Of a stretch of 64,000 bases of DNA, positions 38,430 to 52,434 are shown in pieces. How positions within the stretch are numbered: position 1 is the stretch's first letter; every line of letters starts with the position of its first letter. The stretch is from Octopus sinensis (taxonomy: Eukaryota), in contig NC_042999.1 in the NCBI RefSeq assembly GCF_006345805.1, positions 71,486,001 to 71,550,000 of the forward strand. The letters are read 5' to 3'. A model generated the notes under the pieces. The model searched no databases. It was not told where the DNA came from and was given only the letters and a program-made list of their open reading frames with translations. The position numbers and the translations under genes were made by a program.

Positions 38430-38870
38430 ATGTATGTATGTATGTATGTATATATATATATGTGGATATATATATGTATAAATATATATATATAAATATA
38501 TACACCTCTATATATACACACTGCACACACATAAATACATTCGCTCAATAAACCGCACTCTGCATTTGTTCAGGGCAAACACCAATGTTACCATTTACTG
38601 TATCCTATGTGGGCGATGCACATCATTGGAATACTTAAAACGAATATCTAACATTTCATAAATGAATGTATGCGTTAGATAACGGAGTAATACATACAAA
38701 ACGCCTGAAATGAAGCAGTGAGTGTTCTGAATGGAATCCCTCTGATCATAGGTTCTCTTAATTATAGGATATCAGGTTAAGCAACAGCGACCATTGCACA
38801 AATGCTTGTCGTAGGTGAGTTGTGTACAGTATTTTAGTACCAACCTATGTTTATGTTCGTAATAGTTCAA

Positions 38871-39170
38871 AGGCGCATGGTTCAGCGGTTAGAGTGTTGG
38901 GCTTACAATCGTCAGGTTGCGAGTTCGATTTCTGAACTGGGTTGGTTTGTGCTCTTGAGCAAGACACTTTATATCACGTTGCTCCAGTTCACTCAGCTGT
39001 TAGAACGAGTTTCAGCGGCTCTGGTGGTAAGCTGTATCGGCCTTTGCCTTTCCCTAGGATGGCATTGGTGACGTGGAGAGGAGAGACAGTTTAGCATGGA
39101 CGACGGCTGAGCTTCTATAACCAAACTTGCCTCAGAGAGGTACTTTCTAGGTGCAATCCCATGAAGGTCT
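38871..39170 (+). mobile_element. tRNA-derived SINE (family 4)
   Basis: A box TGGTTCAGCGG and B box GAGTTCGATT (38921-38930), followed by TGTGCTCTTGAGCAAGACACTT...GTTGCTCCAGTTCACTCAGCTG (CORE/V-domain-like). Confidence 0.75.
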
Positions 39171-40527
39171 TTATCCTTTACCCACGTATACCGGAAGAGT
39201 GCAAATAGTAGAAGTTAGTATACGCAATGACACACAAACGCGCCTGCGTACAGATTCTCTCTCACATACATATCCGTCGTTGTATAACGGTCCGGAGGAG
39301 GCGTGCCCAATTCAGATGAAAACTGCCGGTCCAGTGGTTGTTACGCTGGACTTGCAATGGTGTGCTCCCACTTCTTCAAGCAAGTCAGACTTGAGGGAAA
39401 GAGACGTTACCCCTCCATTAATATATCTGTGAGTGTGTGAATATATGTATGGCAGTTGCATGAGATTGATACCATGAAATTCCTTGAATTGAGATCTATC
39501 GTTTAAGATTAATTGAAATATAGTTTATTGTTAAAATAAAAAAAGTTAATTATACTTAGCTCAATTTTTTTTTGCCTTACTCATATTTTATTCATGATAT
39601 TTTATCTCACAATTTTTTTGTTACAAATTTTTCTTTCATGGGACCAAAACTAAAATTCCTTATGCTTTCTTCTCTCATTGAAGCTAAGATAAATATATTT
39701 TGCACGTAAAATAAAAAAAAAGTTATTTACATTTAACTTTATTGGAGGCGTTACTTACTCTCCTATAACATTGCTACAAATTTTGATGTAAACTTTTTTC
39801 TGGACCAAATCTCAATTCTTTATGCCCAAATGTAGCTATGTATCAGCCTTCTTCAAATATATTAACAGTTTGCAATTTGGTTAAGAACTCAATAAGTGAC
39901 AAAGCCCTGAAGATGCTGCGTGTGAGTAAATTACGGTCTTAAGAACATTGTTTAACTACTACTGTAGTTGAATGATATAATGAATTGGAAACACCGAAAA
40001 CCAGCACATTAGCGCTAAAATCAGTTCTAGTGCCTTGACTTTTATAAATATTTTTACGAATTTTACAAATATTTTTGTCTCCACCAGCCTACCACTTCTC
40101 TTGACTTCTATTTTTTTGTGACTTTCTTCTGTACAAAATAGATAAGACTGAATATTTGAGACCTTTAGTGTTAGTTTTAAATTAAATTTTGTTCAGAATT
40201 ATTTTCCGTAGATTTTCATATAGCTCTATTGCATATATCATTTGGGCATTATATTTTAAATCCATCTCCTGAAAAGTCTATTTTCGTAAACATTCATGAT
40301 TCATGTAAGGTTTCTGTTTCAATCTAAATGATATGAATATTACAATATTCTTTGAATCTCATATAGATCTCATTTTTATTGAATTAGAAAGAATTTTCAA
40401 AGACGTCACATAAAAGGATTAGGATATGACAGTTATCTACGCATCGGTTTGTAGATATGTTTGTATGATGTTGTGCAAGTGGATCAATGGATGACTGATA
40501 GATTAATAGACATTTAGATAAATAGAT

Positions 40528-40645
<118 letters not shown>

Positions 40646-41406
40646 GAATATGTGGGAAAATAGAATGAAGCAGAGGAAAAAATATTAAATTAGTTATATG
40701 ATAACATACTCATTATATTAAAGATATTCCATATCATGTATTTCATCAATGTAATTCAAATATTTGCAGTTAATTCCTATTCTAATGGAACTGGAACTGC
40801 AGGTATTTTCGTTACCTGATAATACAATTTCTTTGTTTCTCGCCACTTATACACAAGCAAATTGATTTATGAAATCTTTGTTTGAATCCATATAAATTCA
40901 CGAAAGTTTGTTTGAGCAAACCATCTGCATTTTACACATTATAAAAGGATCAGTTGAGAGACATTTTTCAAGTATTTACGGCGAACGCTGAGGTAGATTA
41001 GAATGCCCTGAAACGAGGTGATAGAATCATTTAAAATTACACGGAATAAACATGACATTAGGTAACAATTTTTTTAATCTTTGAGATTACTTCGCCTTTT
41101 TGTCCGAGGTTGCTCGAAATTACCGTTGTGTCCGAAGCGGACACAATTTATAAAACGAATTTGCTTGCGTTATATATAGCTTATCGCCTTTTGTCTTTGC
41201 CCTCATATCCATACCACAGGCTCCTCTGAGTTATTTTACTCAGCTCGTCAAACTTTGTCTGGTCTATGTTTCTGTGATGTCTGTTTACTTGTTTGTCCGT
41301 CTGCCTGTCTGTCTGTAGCTCACTCTCTCTCTCCCTATCTTTCTCTTACACATATACACTGTCCGTGTGTGTATGTGTGTATATATATAATTATATATAT
41401 ATATAT

Positions 41407-41636
41407 AGGCGGTAAGCTGGGAGAATCGTTAGCACGCCGGGCGAAATGCGTAGCCGTATTTCGTTTGCCGTTACGTTCTGAGTTCAAATTCCGCCGAGGT
41501 CGACTTTGCCTTTCATCCTTTCGGGGTCGATTAAATAAGTACCAGTTACGCACTGGGGTCGATATAATCGACTTAATCCGTTTGTCTGTCTTTGTTTGTC
41601 CCCTCTGTGCTTAGCCCCTTGTGGGCAATAAAGAAA
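41407..41636 (+). mobile_element. SINE family 2 monomer, well preserved
   Basis: Full head, GAGTTCAAATT B box, core and tail ending GTGGGCAATAAAGAAA. Confidence 0.9.
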
Positions 41637-41669
41637 CATATATATAATTATATATGTATATATATTGGG

Positions 41670-41835
41670 ACGTGTGTGTATATGTTTATGTGTCTGTGTT
41701 TACGTCCCCGTAATTTAGTGGTTCGACAAAAGAGACCCATAGAATAAGTACTAGGTTTACACAGAATAAGTCCTGAGGTCGACTAAAACGGTGCTCCAGC
41801 ATGACGGCAGTCAAATGACTGAAACAGGTAGAAGA
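41670..41835 (+). mobile_element. SINE family 3, 3' part
   Basis: GTAATTTAGTGGTTCGACAAAAGAGAC...GGTGCTCCAGCATGACGGCAGTCAAATGACTGAAACAGGTAGAAG. Confidence 0.8.
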
Positions 41836-41837
41836 GT

Positions 41838-41880
<43 letters not shown>

Positions 41881-43145
41881 AGAGGAAAAATTATAAAAAT
41901 GCAGAATGCTAAATTGAAAGTAAATTTTAATAAAAATGGGAATATGGAAAATTAAAAAAGAAAAGATAATAAATCAAAACGGTTTTCATCGCAAGGTAAA
42001 TTTTCAAGTAGGAGTTATCCAGTTCCTGTCAGTAAGGGGAGACAACTCTGTGGTATTTATGCTCTTTAATTGGAATGTTGGATTTTTTGTCAAAGAAGAT
42101 GTCTATATTAATCTTTTGTCAGATAGGATGCTTTTGCCTAATGAAGCGAAAAAATGCAGAAACACATACTTCCTGCGATCCAGTGATATCATTCACAGCC
42201 CAAAATGTACACATATCTCAGAGGAGAGTCTTCTCCTGGTACTATTTTCATAGCGATACGTCTTATGACGTCTATATGCCCTACAACGTGTTGAATATAT
42301 ATGTATGTAGAGAGAGAGTGAGAGTAAGTGTACTGCTCCGTGAATGTTAGATCAACAAAAAAGTACTCCATCTGGTGGGAGATAAATATCACTTAATAAA
42401 CACAGTATATATTTTTATGGGGTACTAATATTTTCATGCGATGAAAACATCTCAGACTGCATTTTATAACAGGTCTTGTGCCTCAGTTGTTTTCATCGAA
42501 TGAAACTATTAGAAGCTCATAAAAATATATACTATCTCAAGACCCGGTAATGCGCGGGATGGTGACATGAAGCACCAACAGGGCTCCGACAAAAAATTTA
42601 ATGTTGTTCTCATTTCCTCTGCTAAATAGCATGAAAAGGTTTCTATGAAATATTATACACTACTTATAATGCATAAGTAGTGTCAATATTTTATCGTCGG
42701 AAAAGATAAAACCTAGTGCAATAATTAAGGTCCTCGAATTGGTGTTGACTAAAAAAAATTTCTGACGTCGATTATGGCCCTCCCACCAACCACTGCTAAT
42801 TTGGAGGAAAGGGACTGGATACTCTTCTGCCAACATGCTATGGGTGTGTACATACATTGGTTATGCGATGTCGCCGCTAGCATGCGTGCTTGTAGATACT
42901 CGTAAATTTATGCTATGGAAGAATACTTATGAGCTGTAGGCAATATTTTTTACGTTAAGCTTGAAATAGGATCTTGCACACGGTTAACCAAAAGTTTAAT
43001 CAATTATCTTTTTTTTACTCGCTTACAACCCAGTGTGTTATCCTCGGAGATTTAAAGGTGTTAATAGTATCTTTTGATAACTATTTTTCCAGCGTGTGGA
43101 GAGGCTTATAGCCAATCTCTTGCTATAATTATGTATATAATTATA

Positions 43146-43188
<43 letters not shown>

Positions 43189-43535
43189 CATACATATACA
43201 CATACACACACACATATACGCACATTCACACATATGCATATATGTTGTGTGTGTGTGTGTGTGTCTGTATATTGGAAGATAGAGAAAGAAAGGGACAGAT
43301 TAACAGGGCAGAAATTGATAAGCAAAAGATATCCCCAACGAAATATCTGAAAAAATATATCAAAATTTGAAATAGAAAATATTGTGATAAAGCAGAAAAT
43401 AAGAATTTCATATACCATTTAAACACATAAGACCCTCCTGAATTTCTCTGCATATATATACAAATACATATACCTACAAACATAGATAGATAGATACATA
43501 CATACATACATACATACATGCATACACACACACAT

Positions 43536-43569
<34 letters not shown>

Positions 43570-45142
43570 CAGAGCTTACGTAAATGTCTATAAACTGATT
43601 ACATTCAATTACACGGGTACATAGTCTCCACATAATTTATATAGTTGCACGATAATTTCTCAAAACTGTTAATAGCGATAGTTATAAAAAATATAACATG
43701 TTTGTTAGCAACTATGTTTTGGGGCAACCATGCAGACCGTGTTTGCACCGAAAGTTCCGTGTGCATCTAAATATATTTACACAAAAATATAAATGCATAC
43801 ATGTGTGTGTGTTCTTGCGTGCGCTTGTGTATACCTGTATGTAAGTGTATGTAATCATGTTTGGGTATATGTAAGTATGTATGTATGTATGTATGCATGC
43901 ATTTATACACGTGTGTCTTTGCGTGTGCGCTTGTGTTTTCTGTAAGTGTGAAAATAACATATAAGTGATATAAATTGCAAATTGTTATTGGTAGCGTTCA
44001 GAAAAAAAAATTGTATAAGGAATTTTTTGCGAAAATTTCTCACAAAATTATTATTTATATTCTCATTATCTTCATTAACAGCATATCTTACCAGCATTTA
44101 TTTTGATAGAAGTTTTGTTATTTTTTTAATATTTTCTAACATTACATATGCACATTCCATAATTTTCAATAACAACAAATTTTCTCTTGGTTATGCACAA
44201 CAGAAATGTTATGCACAACATCGTTATAGAGAGTAATCGTTAAAATATGCTATTCCGTTTATTAACTCTAAACAGATGAAAGACGAAAAGAACATCACAT
44301 TTCGATTTCAATACTCTTAACATAAATGAACGAAAGTAAAATTTAGAAAAAAGATATAGTTCAATTCCTTACGCCTCACCAACACAATAACCTGATGTCC
44401 TGATAAACATAATGTCGTTAGTTTTTATTGATCTTGACGCTGTTTGAAGCTCCAGGTCTTCTTAAGATATGACCAAATGGCTCCATTGTCATCCTCGCAT
44501 TGTTTTCTCTAAAATACTATACCGAAAGCTAGAGCGTCGGATATGCTTTTCTCCAAAATCAATGAATGAATGGTGGGTCATTTAGCTGCAATATTTAGCA
44601 AGTCAAGCGAACAAGATTTGGCTCTTTCGTGTTTACTCGATGATAGCTTATTTTTCTGTCTCAAGAACAAAGCGGTATATTTGATAAAGTAGCATACGTG
44701 TAACTGTTATCAATAACTGACAGGACCTCTTATATTCAGTTCTCCAAGCATAATTACAGGTAGTTTTCTTCTACATTAGGAATTGGTATTAGTGTTGATA
44801 TTGTTAACACCCTATCATCAGTGTCGTTACAACATGGAGCGACAAATTATCCCTTCTGTACTGTATTTTAGAGTTAAGTGGACTGACATTTTAGAGTTAA
44901 GGGACTTCGATCAAGGACGTAGCAATGTGGTGATGTGAGAACAGAAAACATGTAGTTCTCGATGATACACGCTGCCTAATATAAACTGAGTACTTAATTA
45001 ATTGACACAAGTCCAGAATGAAAAGTAGTCGACATCAGTCGATTTTGTTTTTATAATTTAGTCCGGCAGTTTACCATTTATGTCACTCCACCGCACAAGC
45101 GCAACATTTTCCAGTCACCCCTTACGATTCTACAATTCATGG

Positions 45143-45143
<1 letters not shown>

Positions 45144-45236
<93 letters not shown>

Positions 45237-45247
45237 ACTACTACTAA
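45144..45247. repeat. Compound (CTA)n-(CTG)n microsatellite
   Basis: Directly visible. It gives the poly-Ser run in ORF 45078..45329. Confidence 0.95.
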
Positions 45248-45384
45248 TGATAATAATAAAGATGATGATGATGGACTCCCCAGTCGAAGACGACATATAA
45301 GTGTTCAGCTTTTTCTGAACACCCTGCACAAATCATTTGTTTATAGTGATCCAATGTTCATGCCGCACATTATCTCACTCACTC

Positions 45385-45545
45385 CATCAAATCGACGTTA
45401 TCTGAACAGGCAGGTACCATACGTCAGGTGTCAAAGTGATCTCACAGCAACGTGAGATGAAGTAGTTTGCTCAAGAACACAACGTACCAACCGGTTTAGG
45501 AATTGAAACTACAATCTCGTGATAGTGAGTACAGTACCAAGCACT
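45385..45545 (-). mobile_element. Degenerate SINE (family 4-like head)
   Basis: Minus strand has TGTGTTCTTGAGCAAACTACTTCATCTCACGTTGC downstream of a B-box-like GTTTCAATTCC. Confidence 0.6.
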
Positions 45546-45669
45546 GACTTTCATGGCTTCTGATTTTAACTGGTGTATCCTTATAAGGCGAGTAGTCATG
45601 ATGGATATTTTGGGCTTCGTATATTTTTACCCCAGTGTCAATTTGATGGCATGCATTGCTCTCTTATTC

Positions 45670-45703
45670 AATAACAACAACAACAATAATAATGGTGAGG
45701 ATG

Positions 45704-45774
<71 letters not shown>
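45670..45774. repeat. (AAC/AAT)n microsatellite tail
   Basis: Directly visible. It gives the poly-Asn run in ORF 45553..46122. Confidence 0.95.
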
Positions 45775-45775
<1 letters not shown>

Positions 45776-46170
45776 TGCCAATACACACAGATAGAGAAAT
45801 GAAGGCCAATAGGTCCGATATAGTTGTCAGAGATCATGAAGAAAAATGCTTTTTAATTGACGTATCAATACCAACAGATGACAACGTTTCTCTAAAGGAA
45901 ATGGAGAAACTTTCAAAATACAAAGACCTGGAAATAGAGGTAACTTGTATGTGGAATCTAAAAACAGAAACAATTCCTATCATAGTAGGCGCATTAGGTA
46001 TGATAAAAAAATATTTAGACAAATACATAAAAAAACATCGGGACTTACAAGTATATATGACACAGAAAATTGCACTACTGGGCACTGCATACATCCTACG
46101 CAAAACACTTTCAATACAGTAACCATCAGAGTCTCACAACAAATCACAGTACATACTCAAGGCACACAGA
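45775..46170 (+). mobile_element. 5'-truncated R4/Dong-type element: RLE domain
   Basis: DREMKANRSDIVVRD..KCFLIDVSIP.D....KEMEKLSKYKDL...IPIIVGALG...KIALLGTAYILRKTL is the PD-(D/E)xK-type RLE of site-specific non-LTR elements. Confidence 0.9.
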
Positions 46171-46179
46171 GCTGCGCTC

Positions 46180-47495
46180 GGTATCTTGGGATCCTGGAGC
46201 TGGACAGTGTCTTGCACAGAAAAATGAAAGACGCAGTCATCACTGCATATTTCAAGCGCCTCAAACTTCTCTTAAAATGAAAACTGAACTAAAAACTGCC
46301 ATCAACATATGAGCAGTTGCTGTAGTCCGCTATAGTGCACCTATCCTCAAATGGACACGAGCGGAGATTAAGCGATCCGATCGCACTACCCGAAAGACAA
46401 TGACAATGCATGCTACCCTCTACCTTAAGGTGAACATACATTGGCTCTACATGAAGAGGTTTAAAGGTGGATATGGTCTGAATAGCGTACGGGAGAGCAT
46501 CAAGAGTGAAAGTAGGAACATGGCAGAATATTTGGTAAAGAAGACCTGCTACAGTATGCTTCTAATGCAGAAGGGTTAACCAAAAATGGAATTGAGAGTG
46601 CTAATCAATTCCGATCACAACCAACGAGGGAGAAGAAACCCTACTCCGCATGGATTTACATGGTCAATACCTCCGTGAAACTAACAACTTAAAAGGCCAG
46701 GAAGCATCATGGTGGTGGCTCAGCAAGGACTACCTAAAACAGAAAATTGAATGCCTAAGCATCGCTGCCCAGGATTAGGCATTGAATACCAACTCAGTGA
46801 AAAGGGATATATACCATATAAGTGCAACAATCCTCTGCAGAATGTGTGGGAAAAGGGTCGAAAGCGTGACTCACATTGTTAGTGCTTGTGAAAGTCTTGC
46901 GCAGAAAGGGTACAAGCAAAGACACGACATGTTATCGTAACAGTTTTACTGGCTACTATGCCGGAAGTATGGATACTAGGCAACGGATACTTGGTAGCAA
47001 CATACACCAGAAAAGGTAATAGACAAAGAGGGGAAGGTAAAAATTCTCTGGGACTTTGACTTCCAGACTGACAAGGTGTTAGAACATCGAAGGCCAGACG
47101 TAGTAACCTTTAGGAGGGACGGACAAGAGTGCGTAATAATCGACGTGGCAGTACCAGGAGATAAACATATCATAAGAGAAAAAGAAACGATTGGTAAATA
47201 TGGAGGCCTGAGAATTGAGATCGCTAAGATGTGACAGCTACGAGAGTAAAACATAAAGGTTGTCCCTGTTGTCATCGGAGCATTGGGTTCAATACCACAC
47301 AACCTGAAGAAACATCTGGAAACTTTAGAAATACTCTACAATCTAGGTGTGTTGTAAAGATCGGTTTACTTGGAACTGCACACATATTACGTAAAGTACT
47401 GTTTGTCTGAGGTCATTGTTATGACTTGACAGTCAGTACAAATCCCCAGTAGACACAATATCTTCAGTCAACAAGATAATGATATTGATATTGGA
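46180..47495 (+). mobile_element. Decayed R4/Dong-type element: RT C-terminus, CCHC knuckle, RLE and UTR
   Basis: YLGILELD..., AVAVVRYSA, RTTRKTMTMH, KGGYGL, LHGQYLR, CRMCGKRVESVTHIVSAC, ILWDFDFQTDKVLEHRRPDVV, IIDVAVP, KVVPVVIGALG and LLGTAHILRKVL, with many stops. Confidence 0.9.
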
Positions 47496-47519
47496 TACTG
47501 TGCGACGAGAGGACTTCAG

Positions 47520-47720
47520 GAAAGGATAGTGCAACAGCTAAATGGGAGCTATCAGGAAGGCACAGTACCTAGCTGGATGGCAAAAGAAAAGACATTATGT
47601 ACCAACGATCCTGAAATAGAAAGTACTGCATCTAACTTTCGACCAGTAACGTGTCTTCCGCTAATTTCAGGTGCTTTGGCCGGTGAACTGTATAGATATG
47701 TGGCTAGGAACTCTATAATG
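47520..47720 (+). mobile_element. R4/Dong-type RT N-terminal fragment
   Basis: VPSWMAKEKT...TASNFRPVTCLPL resembles W.T.GRT.L..K....NYRPITCLP. Confidence 0.75.
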
Positions 47721-47804
47721 AAATCTGTCAGAAGGATAATAAAAACCCACAATATGGTAGAAGCCATAGCCACTCATAGACTGAGAAGAGAAACTGTGAA
47801 AAAT

Positions 47805-48110
47805 TGTAGAAATTAGCGGCCCAGAAGATGTTAAAATTAAGCTGAAGATCAGTGAAAAAGAGAACACTTATGCTGAACTGTTGAGGAATCTACAGTTACT
47901 CTATCCAGATTACAAGTTCAGGTTTATACCTGTAATTATTGGGGCCCTGGGATATATAACACACTGCCTAAATACCAATCTTGAGAAATTACTCTTCTCA
48001 AAACCAGAAAGGAGAAAGCTAATTCGAAAACTACAGATCCAATCCATGGAACTGTAGAAATCTTTAAAACATACCAGAAGTTTATCATATTTAAATATAT
48101 ATGAGCGACT
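47805..48110 (+). mobile_element. RLE 3' end of a further non-LTR family
   Basis: EISGPEDVKIKLKISEKENTYAELLRNLQLLYPDYKFRFIPVIIGALG (D/E..P.D....K..EK...Y). Confidence 0.75.
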
Positions 48111-48390
48111 ATATGTATCAGAATAGATACATAAAACATACAAGTCTGCACATACATACAAACACACATAAATAAATACATACATACATACATACATATA
48201 TACATACATGCATAGTACATACATACATACATACATACATACATACATACATACATACATACATACATACATACGTACAAACGTACAAATATTTCATGAT
48301 TTACTTTTGTCGATTATCTGCAGTCAAAATGTATTTCTACAGAAATATGTAGAACTAACACAATGTTTAGTAGATTATATACATATGTGA

Positions 48391-48511
<121 letters not shown>

Positions 48512-48531
48512 TATGTATATGTATATGTATG

Positions 48532-48565
<34 letters not shown>

Positions 48566-50668
48566 TGTATCTATGTATGTATATGCAGACAACATGTTAT
48601 TTCTCCCTATATTTTTGGCTTGCTGAAAATTGCATTTAAAGAGGTAATGCAGATATGTCTTTCGTAGGTTTTAGGTGTAAACAATCAATTTGTTTAGTCT
48701 GGTGTTATATAGAATTCTAGAACAAAGGTTTGTATTTCTAGCTTGATTATATTGCCTACAGTTGTTACTAATCTATTTTCTGTTATATCGGCTTTATGCC
48801 ATACATTTGTTATTGATTTGATTGAGACCGATGATATATATTTTATTACTTGGAACGAAACCATTTTCAGCTTTTGTTAATTCTTTTTCCATCATATACT
48901 TGAATCTCTTTTATTTATCAGCCCCTCTCCGATTTAAGCTTAAGTTTTTCTACTCAACTCTGTTTCGTTGTGTGGCGTATAAATTAGTTAAATATGGCGG
49001 TTAGCCAGTTTTCGTTTCATTCAACAGCCAACATTGTAAGGAGAAATTCTCCAAAGGAACAACTTTCCTTAATCTGCTTCCATTAGTTTCTTCGGCGCAT
49101 TCAAATGACGTTTTCATATCAATGTCTGATTTCAAGTGTCATCAAGTCATAAACCTGTTGCTAAATGGATAAATTCTGAGAGTAAATCATTGTGTATTAT
49201 CGTATTAATGCTATATTGTTGTGCAAATGGTCCCAAATTTCATTTCATATAGCCAATATATTTCCCGTGTCAGTTTAATTCTATACATTTTTTCAACTAA
49301 ATTAATTCTAACCAACAATAGAATTTTGGACTGACATGTGTTAGAATATGAAATCCTGGTGATACATGAGTCTACAGGATTCTACTGAATAAGAATTGGT
49401 GTTTATTGTCATCATAATTGTCAGTCGAACTTTGGGTTACGTCAAATCACATAGTGCTGCTGCTGAGCATATTTAATCATTGAATTTATGGTTCAATCTA
49501 GGATTTCTACGTATTTTTAAATAGAATTAAGCTTGTGAAACGCTGAGTCAACAGATCAGCGTCTAATCAACTAAGAGACCAGACCGGTGGTTCGTATTTT
49601 ATTACGAGTACATAACCCTAGCGACAAAACATTTAACCCGAATATGGTCCTGTTCCTCTAATGGTAAATAGATAGCGTAGGTGTGGGTTGACTCTGATTC
49701 TAGCAACATGTCATTATCTTCCTGGAATAATCCCTTGCTTCAGCTGCAAACCTGCATCGTGAACATGACCCAAATTTAATACATTGACATATTGCCAAGC
49801 GACGCCAGCGACAAATTATATTGGATACGTTTCAGCGTACTTTTGCGTCTAGAGTATCACAAAAGAAAAAAAGGACACACACGCACATGATAAACTTATT
49901 ACGTGTCATTGGTTTGAAGTCATTTCTTTGAAATTCTAACAATTCTAAAGAAAACAATGTCGTGTATTAGAAGTGATTCAACTTTCATATATTTCAAAGA
50001 GTGCAAATATATTTCCGTTGAAGAGAACATCAATCAGTCTCAAGAGTCTCTATAAAATATCGATACATCCTTAGAATTATGACAGTAAAACAATTTACAC
50101 TCTCTTCTGCCAGTATTGAACTGAAGTACATCATGGAAAGATTAAAGTGCCAACGTCCTTGCTTATTATTTTCCCTCTTTCACCGCACTCCCAGTACGTA
50201 TAACCTAGTGAATTCCTCTTACTTCGTTACTATATACTTCCTTCTTTATCGTTAAGTCCAGTCAACATATTGCGTTTATTAGAAAACGCCGATCTTCCAT
50301 GATTGACCCCAAAATTTAGTCTTTACATCTTCTCACGGAAAATCAATTTATTTCAAATTAGAACAGCTTGCATAATTTTATATTACCTATAACAAATGTT
50401 TTGATGGTTTTAAAGAGAGTTAAGTGTATTTACCGTTCATGCAACAGAGCAATTTTGACATGTTATGCTATACACCTTACTGACAAGGTACGATAAAATT
50501 TAAAATCATTGGTATAATGTGACATTTCACTAGTCGAAAACACTTTCACAGAGTTTCAAAATGATTTAAGTATCATCGCATCACAAATTATGCGTATAAA
50601 GTGTAGATAAAAACGAAAAAGAAAAAGTATGATTTTAACTAGCGTACATTTGTATATTTCGAAATATA

Positions 50669-51067
50669 GTCTTTTCTTCTCTAGGCACAAGGCCCGAAAT
50701 GTTTGGGGAAGGGGCCAGTCGATTAGATCGACCCCAGTACGCAACCGATACTCAATTAATCGACCCCGAAAGGATGAAATGCAAATTCGTCCTCGGCGGA
50801 AATTGAACTCAGAACATAAACAACGACGAAATACCTATTTCTTTACTACCCACAAGGGGCTAAACATAAAGGAGACAAACAAGGACGGACAAAGGGATTA
50901 AGTCGATTACATCGACCCCAGTGCGAAACTGGTACTTTATTTATCGACCTCGAAAGGTTGAAAGGCACAGTCGACCTCGGCGGAATTTGAACTCAGAACG
51001 TAACGACAGACGAAATACGGCTAAGCATTTTGTCCGGTGTGCTAACGTTTCTGCCAGCTCGCTGCTT
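50669..51067 (-). mobile_element. Dimeric SINE family 2 with a 16-bp target-site duplication
   Basis: TATATTTCGAAATATA at 50653-50668 and 51068-51083 flanks two head-to-tail units. Confidence 0.9.
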
Positions 51068-52163
51068 TATATTTCGAAATATATTGATTATGAACTGGCA
51101 ATATTTGTTTGTAATTTAGGTACAAATCATTGTTATTAGCAAAAGGAACTAATAATAATGATTTTTAAAATCTAAAGTCATGGAGGATATTTATAAGGAA
51201 GTGAGATAGCCAATTTATTTGACACCTCTTTATTGCTGATATTGATATCATCGGAGGGGAACGATAAATACCATGTCGATTTCAACGAAATTTGAAGCCA
51301 GCAATCAGTGAAACACGACTAAATTAAATACTGCAATGGTGTGCTTCTCTATGGCATTCGTATGTTTGAGTCAATCATGCACAAGACAGCTATTAAAGGA
51401 CTTAGCTATTAAATACAAATAGAAAGGTGTCAAAGATGGTTATACTCGATTCGAGCTGGTATCTATTCTTACGGCCTCGAATGGGGTAAACGTCTAGTTG
51501 AAATAGGCAAAGTTTGAACTCAGAATGAACTAAGACGAGGAGCTATGGTTTAAAGCATTTAGCTTGACTACAAATTTCTAATACCATATAATTTATCATG
51601 GCACCATCTGTTTTCTAATATTTTAACTTATTTGACACACTGAAGACATAAACTCATCAGCAAACATAGGTCTGAATATAATTCAATTAAATAAATATAA
51701 ATGATGCATGCTTATATGCACAAGCATCGGAGAAACAGAAAGGTTGAAAAATGAGAGATAGGAAGAGGGAGTGAGAGTAACATATAGGTAATGTGTAGGT
51801 GTGAAACGGAAAGGTAAGAGGCGACATACTTCGACATACTTCAAGAAGAAAAAATTCAGCAATCACTTAATTATTAATGACAGAAAAAAAAGTGTGACTA
51901 AGTGCGAATGTTTTTTTGTGTGTGCGTGCGTGTGTCTCTGTTTGTCAATATAATTACCTGTTTTGTGCTTATAACGTGTGTGTGTGTGTGTGGGTATGTG
52001 TGTGTTTGTGTGTGTAAACACGTTTATAGTAGGAATGCAATTGCAACGATTACTCAACGGTGAAACTGAAATGTGTGTTGGTCTTATAATTATAGAATTA
52101 AAGGTAATGCTATTGCTATTTCGGAGTAATGCATATTTTTAATATTGTCAGTATATATATGTA

Positions 52164-52211
52164 CAGTAGTACCTCGTTTTCCGAAAACTTCTGATCACAA
52201 ATAAATCGTGC

Positions 52212-52309
<98 letters not shown>

Positions 52310-52322
52310 GTATGTATATATA

Positions 52323-52373
<51 letters not shown>

Positions 52374-52434
52374 ATATAATATATATTTAAAGCACGATTT
52401 ATTCGTGATCAGAGTTTTTCGAAAACCGAGGTAC
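52164..52434. mobile_element. pogo/Tigger-like MITE whose interior is (TA)n
   Basis: About 45-bp TIRs GTACCTCGTTTTCCGAAAACTTCTGATCACAAATAAATCGTGCTT / AAGCACGATTTATTCGTGATCAGAGTTTTTCGAAAACCGAGGTAC. The left end is TA-CAGTAGTACCTCG. Confidence 0.7.

Noticed and set aside
41936-42392. Overlapping ORFs on both strands in unique sequence
   Set aside because: No motif or homology recognised, and no frame is clearly preferred.
45553-46122. 189-aa ORF with poly-Asn as a host gene
   Set aside because: A chance in-frame fusion of a repeat end, (AAT)n and a retrotransposon RLE fragment.
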